From assembly GCA_951406725.2 (NCBI GenBank), contig OX597818.1:124001-188000 (forward strand): a DNA stretch of 64,000 nucleotides, read 5' to 3'. The position numbers and the translations under genes were made by a program. The notes below the pieces were generated by a model that did not search any database, was not told the origin of the DNA, and was given only the letters and a program-made list of their open reading frames with translations. Numbering within the stretch: the stretch's first letter is position 1; each line of letters opens with the position of its first letter. This DNA comes from Octopus vulgaris (lineage: Eukaryota). This document shows positions 1 through 14,269 of this stretch, piece by piece.

Positions 1-249
1 ACAAACAGACGTTAAATAATGTATTTTTCAGAAATAATTGATTTTTCAGAATATGAATTTTATAATTTGAAAGGTAAAAAATAAATAAAATAAATGTAAA
101 TTAAAAAGTAATAAAAGGAAACAAATAGGAAACAAAAAAGAAAAACATTGATTAAGTTTTCTGTGTGCTTTTTTCCTAAACTAAATTATGAAATTGTAAT
201 GAATTACGTTTGAATAAACAAATGAAATTATGTAACTGTTAAAAATTTA

Positions 250-620
250 ACTGTGTGTGTGTATACAAGTGTGCATATACACACATATTTATATATATAT
301 ATGTGTGTGTGTGAATACATACAATACATGTATGCATATGTATACATATATTTATATATACACATACATAGACATATATATGCATATATATGTATGTATA
401 CACACACACACACACACATATATATATGTACACATAGACACACACATACACACGTGTTCATGGTGTGTGAGTTTATGTATATGTGTATGTATGTGATGTA
501 TGTGTGTGTGCATTTGAGAGGGACATCTAAGTGTATGAGTACACATATGAGAGAGCAAGCAGGTAAGTGTATGCTTGTGTGTGTATGTATGTTGGCATGT
601 GTGTGTGTGTGTGCATTATG
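250..620. repeat. Compound (TA)n/(CA)n/(TG)n/(TATG)n microsatellite
   Basis: Direct reading; it produces the spurious YIYI/CVCV ORFs. Confidence 0.9.
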
Positions 621-1829
621 AGTTTCTAAATTGGGAAAATATGTGAAGAATGAAGTGGGAATAGAAACAAGAGAACTTCAGGTTTGTTTTGCAGAACTTT
701 GCAGTTTTATTTTTGAATATGGTTTTATGTTCATATTTGATATTTGGTAGAATTTATTATTGGAATACCTCTCCATGTTTCATTAACCCTGAACACGTGT
801 GTGTGTGTGTGTGTTTAGTTTATGGAAAGGAGTGAGTAAAAATAACCTGATTTACAGGTGAAAATGAAAGGAATATCTTGTCAATTTGGCCTGAGTTTAT
901 TTATCTTTATTTGTCATTGGACCATAGTCGTGCTGGGGCACTGTTTTGAAGGATTTTAGCTGAACAAATTGGTTCCTAGAATTACATTTTTCAGCAAAAG
1001 AGACCAGTAGAAGAAGTACCAAGTTTAAGAAAATTAAGTCCTGAGGTCAAATCATTTGACTAAAATTTCCTCAAGGAGGTGCCCAGCATGGCCACAGTCT
1101 GATTACTGAAACACGTAAAAGATAAACCAACACCAGTTGTCAAGGTGTGAGAGTGAGACAAACACACAAACACAGACACACACAGACACAAGGGTTGGAC
1201 AAAATAATGGAAACACTTTAAAATTTCAAACAAATATATATATATATATATAGTCAGGACTGGCTGGGGATTAAAGAACAATTACAGTAAAGTAAATATT
1301 TGTTATATCCTGAATGACTTTCAAGAGTTGATGTTCTTCTTTGGTTAGATGGAATGAAGCTGCTGAGAACTAAATCTCCCCTGTCCCACTCTGTATTGTA
1401 CACTGGCTTTTAATAGTTAACATTCCTCTGATTGATATGGTATGTATTTCTGAGATAACCTCTCTCTCTATATGACCTCAGTTAATCTAAAATAACTGAG
1501 GTTATCATGTCATCTACAAGATGAAGCTCTTAGTGAACTAAATTCATTTTATGGAAACTAAAATGTCCAATAGTTTAGAGAATGTGTGTGAGTTTGTGCA
1601 TGTAATTTTAGATATTTCAAATTAGCCACATTGTCAACTTCACCCACTATCACCGTCTGTCACTCCCCACACACATTCATGCACCAGAGTTTGTGAAATT
1701 CATGTCTGCTTATTTGATGTATGTAGTAACTGAATGTTTGTGGTTGCAACTGAATATGTTGTGGTGCTGTCATCTTCTCCACATCTTTATTCATGGAATC
1801 AGTTTATGTTAGGTTTGTGGTGTCTCTAT

Positions 1830-1978
1830 GTTCTGAGTTCAATTCTGCTGAGGTTGACTTTGCATTTCAACCTTTCAGGGTCGATAAATTAAGTACCAGT
1901 TGCATGCTGGGGTCAATCTAATCGACTGGCCCCTTCCTCCAAAATTTCAGGCTTTGTGCCTAGAGTAGAAAAGATTAT
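1830..1978 (+). mobile_element. Deu/Nin-domain-like SINE fragment
   Basis: gttctgagttcaattc...gactttgcatttcaacctttcagggtcgataaattaagtaccag matches the fuller copy at 20136-20367. Confidence 0.7.
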
Positions 1979-2253
1979 AGGAATGACAACAGTATTAGAA
2001 GTGTGTGTTGTTGATGTTACAGCATCTAGGTGAGTAATGTACAAGAGAGAAAACTGGACCTTGATGCACACCACAGTTGATAGAATGTAGGTCAGAAAGA
2101 GAGAGGGAGAGAGAGAGAAAGAGAGAGAGGGTCTGCTGATGCATGCTGCAATGATTAGTCTGACAGGAAGATTCTACTTGAAAAAATGACACAATTGTAA
2201 CATGCTTGGCATGGTGCAGGGTCTATTTACTTAGGAAATTGTCCTGTCAGGCC

Positions 2254-2338
2254 CAAGTTGAAGGTGTTAATGATATCAAGTGCAACTATATTTCGGCCAA
2301 GTTGAAGGTGTTATTGATATCAAGTACAACTATATTTC
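2254..2338. repeat. ~45-bp tandem duplication
   Basis: ccaagttgaaggtgtta(a/t)tgatatcaagt(g/a)caactatatttc occurs twice in tandem. Confidence 0.85.
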
Positions 2339-3004
2339 CTTGATATAAATTCTCACATAGCTCCTCTACAGTTAGAAGCCTATTCTGCTCTTGTCCCTTC
2401 TCTCATATGTAAAACCACCAGTTCTTAGCATAAAGTCATGTCTTTCAGAGTTCATAGTCCTCCAAGCAGCATGGCAACCTCACTATTGCTGGTGGTGTGT
2501 AAAAAGCACCCAATACATACTGTAGAGTAGTTTGTATCAGGAAGAGCATCCAACCATAGTAATCATGCCAAAGTTGACAATGAGCACAGTTCTTGGATCT
2601 GTTGGTTCCTGTCAAATCATCCAACCCATGCCAGTATAGAACACAGATGTTAAATGATGATGATAATGGTGAGTAACATTGGTGACTGTGACATCAGAGA
2701 AAGTATGATAGATCCGGAATCAAACTGAGAAAGGAGAGAGATTCATAGTGATGAAGGAAGTGGTTCTTTAATGACTGTTTTCCTCTCCAAGAAGAGATAC
2801 TTGAAGTGAAGATGGAGCACACTGAAACATATTTGCAGAGATTTCATTGACAAACATATTGGAATTTGGTTTCTCAATAAAGGACTGAATGTTCTGGTTG
2901 GGATTTGAACTTATGATAGTGTTTGAAATGTTTAAATGTGAAACAACTGCTTCTACTTCAATTTTACATCTTATTTGACAAATAGATAATAAATGCCAAT
3001 AGAA

Positions 3005-3365
3005 ACTGTATCATGTGTATATACAGTAATAAAGATTGCGTACTGTATATACATAGTACGGCAGGTTGTATATAGTGTATGCACAGTATTAAGAAAGTAT
3101 ATGGCATATATACAGTATTAAAGATTGTATATAGTATATATACAGTACTGAAGACTGTATATGTATTGATATTAGGGAAGACTATATACAATATATACAT
3201 AGTACTGAAGACTATATATTGTATATATACAGTACCGAAAACTGTATATAGAGTATAGACTCATGAAAATTCTCTATAGCGTATATACAGTACTAAAGAC
3301 TGTATATAGTATTTAAGCAGTATTGAAGACTGTATACAGTGTATAAACAACAACTAAAACAGTAT
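3005..3365. repeat. ~30-bp degenerate minisatellite
   Basis: Repeated unit approximately tatatacagtactgaagactgtatatagta, about a dozen copies. Confidence 0.85.
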
Positions 3366-4125
3366 TTTTATATTGTCTTCAACATATGACCTTGATGGGG
3401 GTTATAACCTACAACAGGAATTGAACTGCAGATTGCAAACTAAAACAGATGCTGCCACGTTCAATGATAGTAAGCTATTTTTCATTGTTGTGTATTCTTC
3501 TTATTAATATTAGGACAGAACTACTGATAAACGTGTTTACTGGAGTATTGGAAGACAAAATTTAACCCACGGCTTGATTCAAACTCAGCTCACATAAATG
3601 ACATTATCTATTTTAACAACAGATGTGAAGGATAGATAATATGATCTGGTGATGATGAGATTGACTGAGAGCCACAATCAAGCTTACAATTTAATAAACA
3701 GAGTCACAGAAGGATCTAGAACAATGTTAAACTGATGTGAAACTCTAAAATTTAATTATGGTATCTGTCAAACTGTAAAACTAAATAATGTTTGTCTCGT
3801 TGTAAGAATGACTGGAGTTTTCTCACTATGAAATGCAACACCTTGAGGTGTTGTAGGAAAACAGGAAGACTGTTGTTGTTATTGCTATTGTTGTTCTTGA
3901 TAGTGGTGGTGTTTAGCCCTAGGTAAGCCCCAGTTCAATTGCTTAGACTTGAAATCAAATGTATTTTTGTCATGAAAATCCCATCTAATTTTCATGCATT
4001 GTGTGGTTTATACTCCATTATTTATTAAATTAAGTGCCAGTTGCATACTGGGGTCGATCTAATCGATTAGCCTCCTCCCCCCTAATTTCAGGTCTTGTGC
4101 CTATAGAAGAAAGGATTATTTATTA

Positions 4126-4673
4126 CTAGCAGTATAACCCGGCTTTGCCCAGGATTAAATTAGGATTATTAAGCTAATCAAGTTCTTTATTTCAAACCAA
4201 ACTAAGTAACATCGACGTCAAATTTGGGTGAAATCCGTTGAAATTGGTTTATATATATATGGGCAACATACACACACGTAAGTACATACACCTATTACAT
4301 ACATGATTTTTGTACACATACATGTTCATGTGTGTATGTGTGTGTGTTGCTCGTATATCAACAAAACACTTTTTTCTTTGATGGAAAAAAAACAACAGTC
4401 TTAACAAAAACTTACTTGTCGCTAGAAGGGGACTTAACTCCTGTTTGCAAACAATGGTGATTTCTCTGACTTGAAAATTGTTAAAAGTTTTGGTTGAAAA
4501 TTTATTTTTACTGCTATTTGCTGGTGCCTCTGGTAAAAATAAGTTGACGAAAATACAGCTAGGGTCATGACAAATGTCCTCTTAAAACTGGAGTGACATG
4601 CGTGCTAATTTGTGGACATGTATAAATTACATTCACATACATACACACACATCCTGCCTTTTATATATACAGA
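4126..4673 (-). mobile_element. Non-autonomous Helitron
   Basis: Minus strand starts TC (TCTGTATATATAAAAGG) and ends with a GC-rich hairpin followed by CTAG, inserted at A|T. It shares both ends with the element at 27657-28721. Confidence 0.8.
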
Positions 4674-5505
4674 TTTATTTCTGTATTTTTTTTCAAAATG
4701 GTAAGGTGTCATATGAGAGATATTTAGCTGTTATTTCTAGCTGGCCAAGTGACTATGCAAAGCCTCCCTTGTTGGCTGAAGATTATTATTAAAACAAGTT
4801 ACCCAAGAATCATTGATTTGGCTGAAATTGAAAAAACAAAATAGTGGTAGTGGTATGTTGTCAAACTAGAAATCCTCAGAGATGGTGGGATGTCTACAAA
4901 AACATTAATACCTATTTGTAGAAGACAACCGCCACTAGCAACAACAACAAAATGTGTTTAATGATGTCTGAGTTGATGTGTGTGCATGTCTGTGTTTATG
5001 TATGTATTATATGTACACCTTATGTGCTTATACATACAAATAAGCAGATGCACACACACGCACTTACACACACACATAAGTATATATATACACACACACA
5101 CACACACACTCACATATATATGTGCATGATCATACACATACTTTTGTAACTCTATAAGTGAGTATATTTTGTTTCTTTTTTAATAGATTTTAAAAAATAA
5201 TACAGTTTCCCAGGTGACAAGAAGAAAAACAAAAGAAAACAACAACCAACTGTGCTACATCACAGCATAAAGATTATTAAAGACACAAACAATATTGTAT
5301 GTATGTATGTACATAGGTATATACACATATACACACATATTTAAAAGGTTGTTTGTTATGGCTGGTCAAAGAGTGACCATTGGTTTCACACCTATAAAAT
5401 ACTTAGCTGTAGAGGCGAATTGTCAGATTCAAATGGCTGGATGCATATAACCTCTCTACTGGTCTAATGTTTTAGAGTGTGCTTCTTTTTCAGACAAGTG
5501 ACCAA

Positions 5506-5544
<39 letters not shown>

Positions 5545-6660
5545 TCATCATCATCATTTAACCATGTTTCATGCTGGTATGAGTTTTTCGGCTGGATACC
5601 CTTCCTAATGCCAACCAATTGTGCAATGTTTATCATAATGTAATTGCAACATTATTAACAAGTTATTAATATTGGGAAGAAGATAACAAACGTCTGGTAC
5701 TTATCAAAATATATTATCCTTAGACAGAGCCAAGATGTTAGTGGGTTATAATAAACGGTTGGCTGTTGTTCTGTTGGTGTAACTTTCCATCAGGCTCTTT
5801 ATAACTTGACTTTATCTTAAACTAGCTGACTAAGGCTTATCCCTTAATTCTGTTCTCATAATTGTTTCATTAATCCAATAACAACAATACAAAGTATGTA
5901 GCCCTTAAAATGGTTTTTGCACATTTACAGAGAATACCAAACTGTCTTACACAGGATCTTGTTTTTAGGAATTCCTAATAAATTATGAATAACCAAATTG
6001 TGAAGTCAGTTATGTAATAACATAAAATTAGTTACCTGAAAGTAAGAATTCAAATACAGTAGCCCCGAGAAGGGCTTTAATGTGTTCCCAGAGTATATAG
6101 AACATAGAAGGAAATACTAATGTGGTATGTATACTAAAATTGTGAAGCATGTTATGTAATAATAGGCTAATCAGATATGAGATGGTAACAATTCAAAGTA
6201 AATACTCCTGAAAAGGTCTTTTGTGCATTCCCAGAGAATATTACCCTCAAAAGAAGGAATCTGGAAAAGTTTTTGGTATTATTTATTCACTATTACACAC
6301 ATTTCATTTGCTAATATGAATCACAAAATTGTACATGTTGGGTAAACATATATGAAATTTCCTAATACAAATTCTAGACAGAATCAAATAATACAAAATT
6401 TACATTTGGATGAAGTGCTTATACAACAACTACATACTGCATTATAATACTGGAATAAGCTGATATGCTTCAAGAGGGACCAAATAATAGAAACACCTAG
6501 CATCAAAGCATCATAATTTGGAAATATATATAAAACCATCGAAAGGTTTTTCTTATTTTTACATGTTTTTGATTTATTATTAGTGTTGCTTAGTATGTTT
6601 TGCTAAAATTGCTGTTTCTTTTCAGATATTATCAGAAAAAGGTAATTAAAATTCATTAAC

Positions 6661-6920
6661 ATGACAGATCTATTGGACTTTCAAAGAGGTTAAATTGTTG
6701 GTGCTCATATGGCAGGCACTAGCGTAGTGAAAACAGCCAAAATGTTTGGTGTATCAAGAAGTACTGTCTCGAAAGTAATGACAGCCTTTGAGAAAGAGGG
6801 AAAATCCTCATTGTTGAAACAAAACTCCGAAAGAAAACCAAAACTTTCAAATAGGGACTGTCGGACTCTTACGTGAATTGTTAAAAAGGATCACAAAAGT
6901 ACAGCTCCCAAAATTACATA
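6661..6920 (+). pseudogene. Tc1-family transposase, N-terminal HTH remnant
   Basis: Translation MTDLLDFQRG*IVGAHMAGTSVVKTAKMFGVSRSTVSKVMTAFEKEGK...KPKLSNRDCRTLT*IVKKDHKSTAPKIT has stops and ends where the RTE LINE begins. Confidence 0.8.
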
Positions 6921-9900
6921 TGGGCAGAATAGTTAGTGGAGGTTTGTTTTTCATGGGTCCTCAAATGAGATATGAGCCCAGCAAAAGAAAGGCATGGTCT
7001 GTCATAAACTGTGCACACAAAAAGGTCACTGAGATTCACCTCAATCACAACATTCTTCTTTAAATTTCTCTTGAGTCTTGCATGTGTTATCCTGGCCTCA
7101 TCAAATGCTTTCACTCCACTCCACATTTTTGTTTGTCATCCAGCTCAGATCCAGCCTTTGGATCCATTCCAAGTGACTTCATGGTTGTCCTTATGCCGTC
7201 CTTAAACCTCTTTTTAGGTTTACACCAATTGTGTTTCTCCTCTGCAAGCTCACCATAAAACAGCTGTTTGAGTGTGTGTTCATCCACCATTCAAATAATA
7301 TGGCTAGACCATCTCATTTGGTTTTTCAGAATCATTGATTTAATTAAAGTAATGTCCTCAGACACAAAGACATGTGTCTGGTGTAAAAAAAGCTCCATTT
7401 AATGTTTAAAATGCAGTGAAGGCAATTGAAATGTCTTTTATAACACATCCATGTTTCACAAAAATACAACAGGGATGGTAAGACAAACGATTTGTAAAGA
7501 GCCAATTTTGTGTTGTTATTTATATGTTGTTGGCACCAAACGTGTGACTCCAAACCACTAAATGCTTGAGCTGCCCTTTCAATTTGCAGATGTATTTCTG
7601 TGCCCAGATTTCCATCATTTTGTACAGAGTTTCCAAAGTAAATGAAAGAGTCAACAACTTCAGATAACTTACCCTTAACAAAAGTTTTAGTAGGGTTGCA
7701 AACAGCACCACATGCAGGTTGATACATTACAACTGTTTTTTCAAGTTGATGGTCAAGTCAAAATCATCACAAGCCAAGTCAAATGCAGATACAAGAGATT
7801 GAAGGCCTATTTCAGAGTGACTGACTAGATTGCGATTGTTAGCATATAGAGTTCTCCAATGAGTGAAGTAAAAACCTTGGTTTTGAATTTCAGTCTGGTC
7901 AGATTAAAAACATACCCTGTTGTTCGATATTTTATGTAAATACCCTACTCAGAGTTTTGAAAAGCACGTGACAGCACAACAGCAGAGTATATTGCAAAGA
8001 GGGTGGATGCATCAAGGTTTCCTTGCTTTACTCCATTTTCTATGGCAAAAGATTCAGAAAGCCTACCACCAAAATTAACTCTCGCCTTCATATCTTCATG
8101 CAAAATCCTGAACGTGTTTACAAATTTTTCTAGGCAACCTATTTTCCTTAGTATTAGCCACAGTATCAAATGCCTTGATTAAATCAATAAAGCAATGGTA
8201 TAGGGCAAGATTCTGCTTAATGCACTGTCCCTGAGATTATCTAATACTAAAGATACAGTCAGCTGTGCCCCTGGTGGAGCAAAAACCACACTGAGACTCA
8301 GATACTATATTTGGAACTATGAAGGTATTTAAATGTTCTAACAGAATGCAGGCAAGTACCTTTCCAACAAAAGTGAAATCCCATGAAAATTACCACACAG
8401 ATCCTTTGGCCCCAATTTATACAAGCAGACTATAATGGCATCAATCAAGTCTTGAGGCACTTCCTCAGTTCTCCAATTGTGACAAATTAATATCTTAATT
8501 TTGTCACTCCATGTTTCAAGACCTCTGCACAGATTCCATCTGACTCTGGAGACTTATTGTTATTCAGCTTATTCACAGCTAAATAGACGTCATGTAGAGT
8601 TGGTTCAAATGCCATCTCTTCTATAATAGGAAGGTGTTTGATTTTTCTATCATCCTCATATCAACAGATGATAGTCTATTCAAAAGTGCAGAAAAATGTT
8701 TTTCCCAGCGCTTATGAATAGAAGCAGTGTCAGTCAAAAGCAAATGTCCATTTGCTGTTCTTACTGGAGCTATTGAAGACATTTTGGGCCATATACCTCC
8801 TTATCATAAGAGTACAAACCCTTGGCATAATTTCTATCAGCTGCTTCTTGTTTCCCTTTTGCTCTATCATTCCACCATTCCTGTTTAATTTTCTTTAGAG
8901 TAGTCTGCACTTTCCCTTTCAGCTTCGTTTCCCATAAGCTTCATTTGAGTTGGGGTTCAATGACTGAGAAAGAAGTGTATTGCCTAAATTTTGTTTTTTA
9001 AAAGTAGATCATGAATTTCTGGTGATTTGTCTGAAAACCACTCACTAGACTTATGTGATATAAAGAACTTGCAGCCTGAAATACTTTTGCTTTAAAATCT
9101 TCCCATAGACTATTTGGATCAAGATTGATACTTTCTATAGCATCATGGAATATTTGAAAGTTATTTGGTAATTTGAAGTTTGCAACATTTAACTTTTATG
9201 GTACCTTAGGAACAGACTGTTGACTTATAGGCTTTATCGAAAAGTTTATTTTTCCATGCTCTTGATGATGGTCAGTCTAGCTCTCTGCTCCTCTCATGGC
9301 CCAAACACTAGAAACATCTTTCATATCATGCTTTCTGATTAAAGTATAATCTATGAGATGCCAGTCCTTAGATCTTGGGTGCATCCAGGTGGTTTTATAT
9401 TTATTTTTCTGCTTAAACAGAATGTTGGTAACAACCTGATTATTTTCAGTACAAAATGTCAAAAGAGCTACTCCATTTTTATTACATTTTCCAATCCCAT
9501 GTCGGCCTAAGGCAGGCCATGAAATGTAATCATTTCCAACTCTTGTGTTGAAATCTCCCAATATGATCAAAGGAATTGGTATTCAGTAATTGTATTAGAT
9601 CATCATAAAACTGTCCTACAGTTTCATTAAAATGAGACATTGTTAGTGCATAAATACTGACAATAGTAACAAACTTACCTTTTGTCAGTTTTTTACGGCA
9701 TGACATGGTTCATTCAGATATGCTACCTGGAAATTCTGCAATGGAGGATACTAATGAATTCTTGAGAGCAAACCCAAAACAAGATTCTCTATGCTGACCC
9801 TCAGGTAGGCCTTTCCAGAAGTTAATATATCCATAAGCAGGTTAATTTATTTGACCCTCACCAGAGAGACAAGTTTCAGAGAGTGCAACTATATCAAGGG

Positions 9901-10500
9901 AATTTTTTAAAGCTCACATGCAATAAGTGCCGTATGCCTTTCTGGCCTCTTGTTGAAATTATCATCAAGAAGCGTGCGCACATTCCAACAGCCAAAATTC
10001 AGAGGATGCTTATTTTTACTTCTTGAAGATTGTTTGACCACAGTGGCAGGATGATGACCAGGCCCAGCCTGTGACATGCTGGGACACCTGATGAACCAGA
10101 CCTGTTCCCTGATGTTCCCAAGACTTTTTTACCATTTACTGAATCTATTTGAGACATTTCAGAGTAAGTTGCAAGTGCATTTTTAGGTTTTTAGGTTTCT
10201 GCCAACCAACCAATTCAATGATTGTACTACGATTTGGTGTACAAGAAGCAATTGTGCAGATGAGTAATGTTCAATGGGTGTAGCTTGCATTGCACTACTC
10301 CCACCAATTGGCTCAAGAAGACTTTTGCTGGTGTGACATGAGAATTGATGAAACCGGGAAATTCCAAAGTCTCAGGTTTTATTTTGGAGATTTCCTTCTC
10401 CTAGGTAGATTACCATCCAAAATTAAAGAGCTTCTACCTGCCCATGAGGTAGGCTATACTGTGCCAGACACCAAACCAACACCCAAACACTCCATAGGGT
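6920..10500 (-). mobile_element. Near full-length degraded RTE (BovB-like) LINE
   Basis: APE endonuclease motifs IILGDFNTRVG and TWMHPRSKDWHLIDY (9277-9570), RT motif ENGVKQG (7945-8169), YKSFVLPSLLYFCETW (7344-7727) and a C-terminal zinc-finger-like CLSFAGLISHLRTH (6914-7126); many frameshifts. Confidence 0.9.
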
Positions 10501-10672
10501 GATTAAATATCATTCCAGTGTCCAACGCAGATCAGCTCATAAAAAAGTAAAAAATATGTAATTTAAAAATATAGATAAAACAAAATTTAAATATAAATAA
10601 TATTTAAAAAAACGTTATATACATATTTACACATATCTGTTGCACAGCCATTGTCTATTCATGAGTTCCTCC

Positions 10673-10740
<68 letters not shown>

Positions 10741-10829
10741 AAAAGGGTAAAATTAATTAATTAAATTAATTAATTAATTAATCAATCAGTTAATTAATAA
10801 TTTTACCAAATAGATTGGTACATTAAAAT

Positions 10830-10910
10830 ACAAATATTCTATAATTATAAACATAATTATAATTAGGGGTCAGCTAATTATAATTATGTTTATAATTATA
10901 GAATATTTGT
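10830..10910. repeat. Perfect 37-bp inverted repeat with 7-nt loop between (TA)n tracts
   Basis: acaaatattctataattataaacataattataattag-gggtcag-ctaattataattatgtttataattatagaatatttgt. Confidence 0.9.
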
Positions 10911-10998
10911 GTGTATATATATATATATTGATTTGTTGATTTGTTGTGGCTCGGAAGAAGAAATCATTGTGAGGGTTGTTTCATATATTTTCAGCCAG

Positions 10999-12600
10999 TT
11001 AACCCTATATTGCATGAATTATTGAGGACAAATACATGAACATTATTTTTACTGAAAGACAATCAAAATCCATAGCTGGAAAGTGAAACATTGCAAATTT
11101 TTATGCAAGTGTAGATATTTGGGTACTTGGGGTTTTGTTAATTTAAAGCAGTAATATTCAAAGAAGGTAAATAAAAACATGTAAATAAATACTTGAATTG
11201 TAATTTATTGAGACATTATCATCATCTGGTCATGTTTATGGCATGGATCGCCATGACTCATTCTCTCCAGACTGTTCAGGTGCTATTGCACATGAGAGGT
11301 CTTCTCAGGTGCACTTGGAGTCTTCGCACATTTGCTTTATTTAGATTCCATTTGGTCTACCAACATTTGTGTACCCATGCTTCAATTTCCATGCTTATCA
11401 CATGAAGGTTACCTAAAAACACAAGAATAACAATAAAAACTGTCTACTTGACATAAGGAAAAACAAAAATTGTTTTTATTCAGTGTGAAAGTGTTTGGAA
11501 CAGTTTGATTTTTGCAGTAAAACAAATGTTAACATCACATTTACGACATGTAATGAACTCACAACCTGGATTCTTGCATCTGCCTTTCTTGCCGCCTTCC
11601 ATGTGCTGGAGCCAGTGATCAATACCATCTATGTGTATTGACCAATTTGGCACTGGAACTGTCAGTCCTTTGGACTTTTTGGCCAGTACTTGCCTTTCCA
11701 CTTTGCTTAGTCATGGGTGTCCTCTTTTGGCTGACTAGGATTTACCTGATCTCACTTTAAAATCTCTAAATTTTAAGTCATATGTAAACAAACATAAGTT
11801 TGTTTTTGAAGCATTGGAATGTATTTTAGAACAAGTAGAAAGATAAATTTTTTCAACATTTAAATACTGAACAGTATATATAAAGGATAAAATTCTTTTA
11901 AGAGCAGAAAAATTTGCTGGCAAAAATTTTTCTGCTCTTAAAAGGATTTTAGCCTTTATATATACTGTTCAGTATTTAAATGTTGAAAAACAAATTATCT
12001 TTCTACTTGTTCTAAATTTTACATTTGTTGCAGTCTCAGGTTCATTAAATTGGAATAAAAGCTGTGACTGTACCACAACCATATGAAGAAAGTGGAAAAT
12101 AAGTTGGTAGTGTCCCTTTTTTGAGTGAACATAGATTCTGTAAAGGTTCAATAACCCTTCCAGCAAATCTACCATGCCCATAAATGTATTGTATATGCTA
12201 ACAATTGAATGGCATGGCATGGTTATGTGAAATTTTTCTTTTCTGTCAAATCTGGAGATTTCAGTGGTTGGATTGACTGCTTCATACGTTGACAACAGTG
12301 GAACAGCACACCATCAAAATTATACGTCCATACTTTGACAGACTTCTTGTCTTTTTGTCTTTAATGTACTGTACCAACCCTACATGAACCTCTGTTCATG
12401 TAGGGTTTTTAAAAGATCAACACCTCTATACGTATTGTCAAAATACAGTTTGTGCCATTTATACTTGGTATATTTTGCAGCAAAATCATCACAATATTTC
12501 CAGAGGCTTTTAAGTCTGGTTGATTTGGGCATGTTCCAATTGCTCCAGTTTCAACTTTGAAATCATGAATAAGTCTATCTATTTCTAACAACATGGTGGT
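10999..12600 (-). mobile_element. piggyBac (PGBD-like) transposon remnant
   Basis: TTAA-CCCT end at ~10999; YNTFMGMVDLL (degenerate YN..MGGVD motif) in ORF 11969-12295; C-terminal cysteine-rich GRCKNPGC...CRKCDVNICF in ORF 11480-11701. Confidence 0.8.
11818..12025. repeat. ~100-bp-arm AT-rich fold-back inside the piggyBac remnant
   Basis: Arms ~11818-11915 and ~11924-12025 are reverse complements with few mismatches. Confidence 0.85.
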
Positions 12601-14269
12601 TTCTTTTTACTATAAAAACTGCTGCAGTTTGTCTGTCAGGTAATAAATGATATGCAAGGCTTTATAAAGTTGCTCAGAAAGACCTGAAATTTTTTAATTC
12701 TCAGCATCTACATTCAATTACATTCACCATGTAACTATGCTAGAATCCACTGTGTTGTTTTAAAGCAACAAAATATAAAAACAACATTTTGCAAGCTTTT
12801 CTATCAAGGTCCATGAGCAATCTTATTTAATACATAGCTTTAAACAGTGTTGTGAAAAGCAAAAGTTCATAACTTAGAACTTTAATGAATTTTTTTACAC
12901 AGTTTGAAGTTTCAATATTCCATCGTCATCATGGATTGATGGCTCGACAAGAGCCAATGGGTCAATGACTGCATTTTGTTCTAATGTTTGCTTTGGTATG
13001 ATCTCTATAGCTTGATGTAAAGAAGTTTCCTAATGTCAGCCTCTTTACATCATGTACTAGGTGCTTTTCCTATGCTACCAGCACTAGTGTGGTCACCATC
13101 ACCCTTGGAAGAGTACAAACCTTGAGGTAGGGGTGGCTTTATGCTAGGAGATAAAGGATTGAAGTATGAGAAAAAGGGAGCAGAACAGATTTCTTGCTGT
13201 AGAACAACCACACGGCTACTTACATTTAGAAGAGATGTTGAAAATGATTGGGTGGAATTGAAAAGAGATAAAATAGAGGTGAAGAGGTATCAGAGTGGTC
13301 CCCTCAAGGTTTATGAGTGAAAATTTTATTGATTGTTAAAACATGTCCTAAATTGCTTTATAAAAATAAGATGATCAAAAGCATCATGTAATATGACATA
13401 GAAGAAATAACGGAAGAGAAAACAATACAAAATTTTTGCTGAGAATTATTCTATGGTGGATCTACTGTCTGAAAATTACACAGTAACTTTTTCCCTTTGT
13501 GCAAACATATACTCAAGATATCAAAAATACATTTTTTGAATTCAAATTGTTCTCATTCTACAGTAATGTTAAAATCTTTTCAGTTAAGCAAAGATGACAA
13601 CTTAGCTACTTTCTACTATTATCATTCTTATAAGTAGGTACTGCCACTAATTAACTTTAATATCTTATTTCTAATGTTGAGTAGCAAATATCCTACTAGC
13701 ACTAATCTAGGAATGCTTGTACAAATAATAGCTCACCTTAAATTCATTTAGTGTTGTATGATTGTCAGCTTTTGGCTGTAAGCCATCAATGAATACTGTC
13801 TCAATTCAGTATACAAAGGAAAGGGCAAAAGAGCTTCCACTAAGCAAGCAGTTCTGACAGTTCTTACAGTTACACCTGCTCTTGATTCTGTTATTACTAT
13901 TATTTAGTTGATGTTTTACATAAATTAAATAAAGTCGCCAATTTTTTTTTTTTTTTGATTTCTTTGTGTTGCTGCAAAAATTTTATCGTCATTATCATCA
14001 TCGTTTAATGTCCTCCTTCCAAACTGATATGATTGAACAGTATGACAGGAGCTGGCAAATCAGAAGACTACACCAAACTCGACTGTCTACTTTGACATGG
14101 TTTCTACAGCTGGATGCCCTTACTAACACCAACTGCTTTACAGTGTGTACTGAGTGCTTTTTACATGACACCAGCAGCAATGAAGTCACCAAGTAAATTG
14201 CAAGACTGAGAAGTAAATGTACAAGGTGATGAGAAGTTAGAGTATGAATAGAGGGACAGAAACAGGTGT

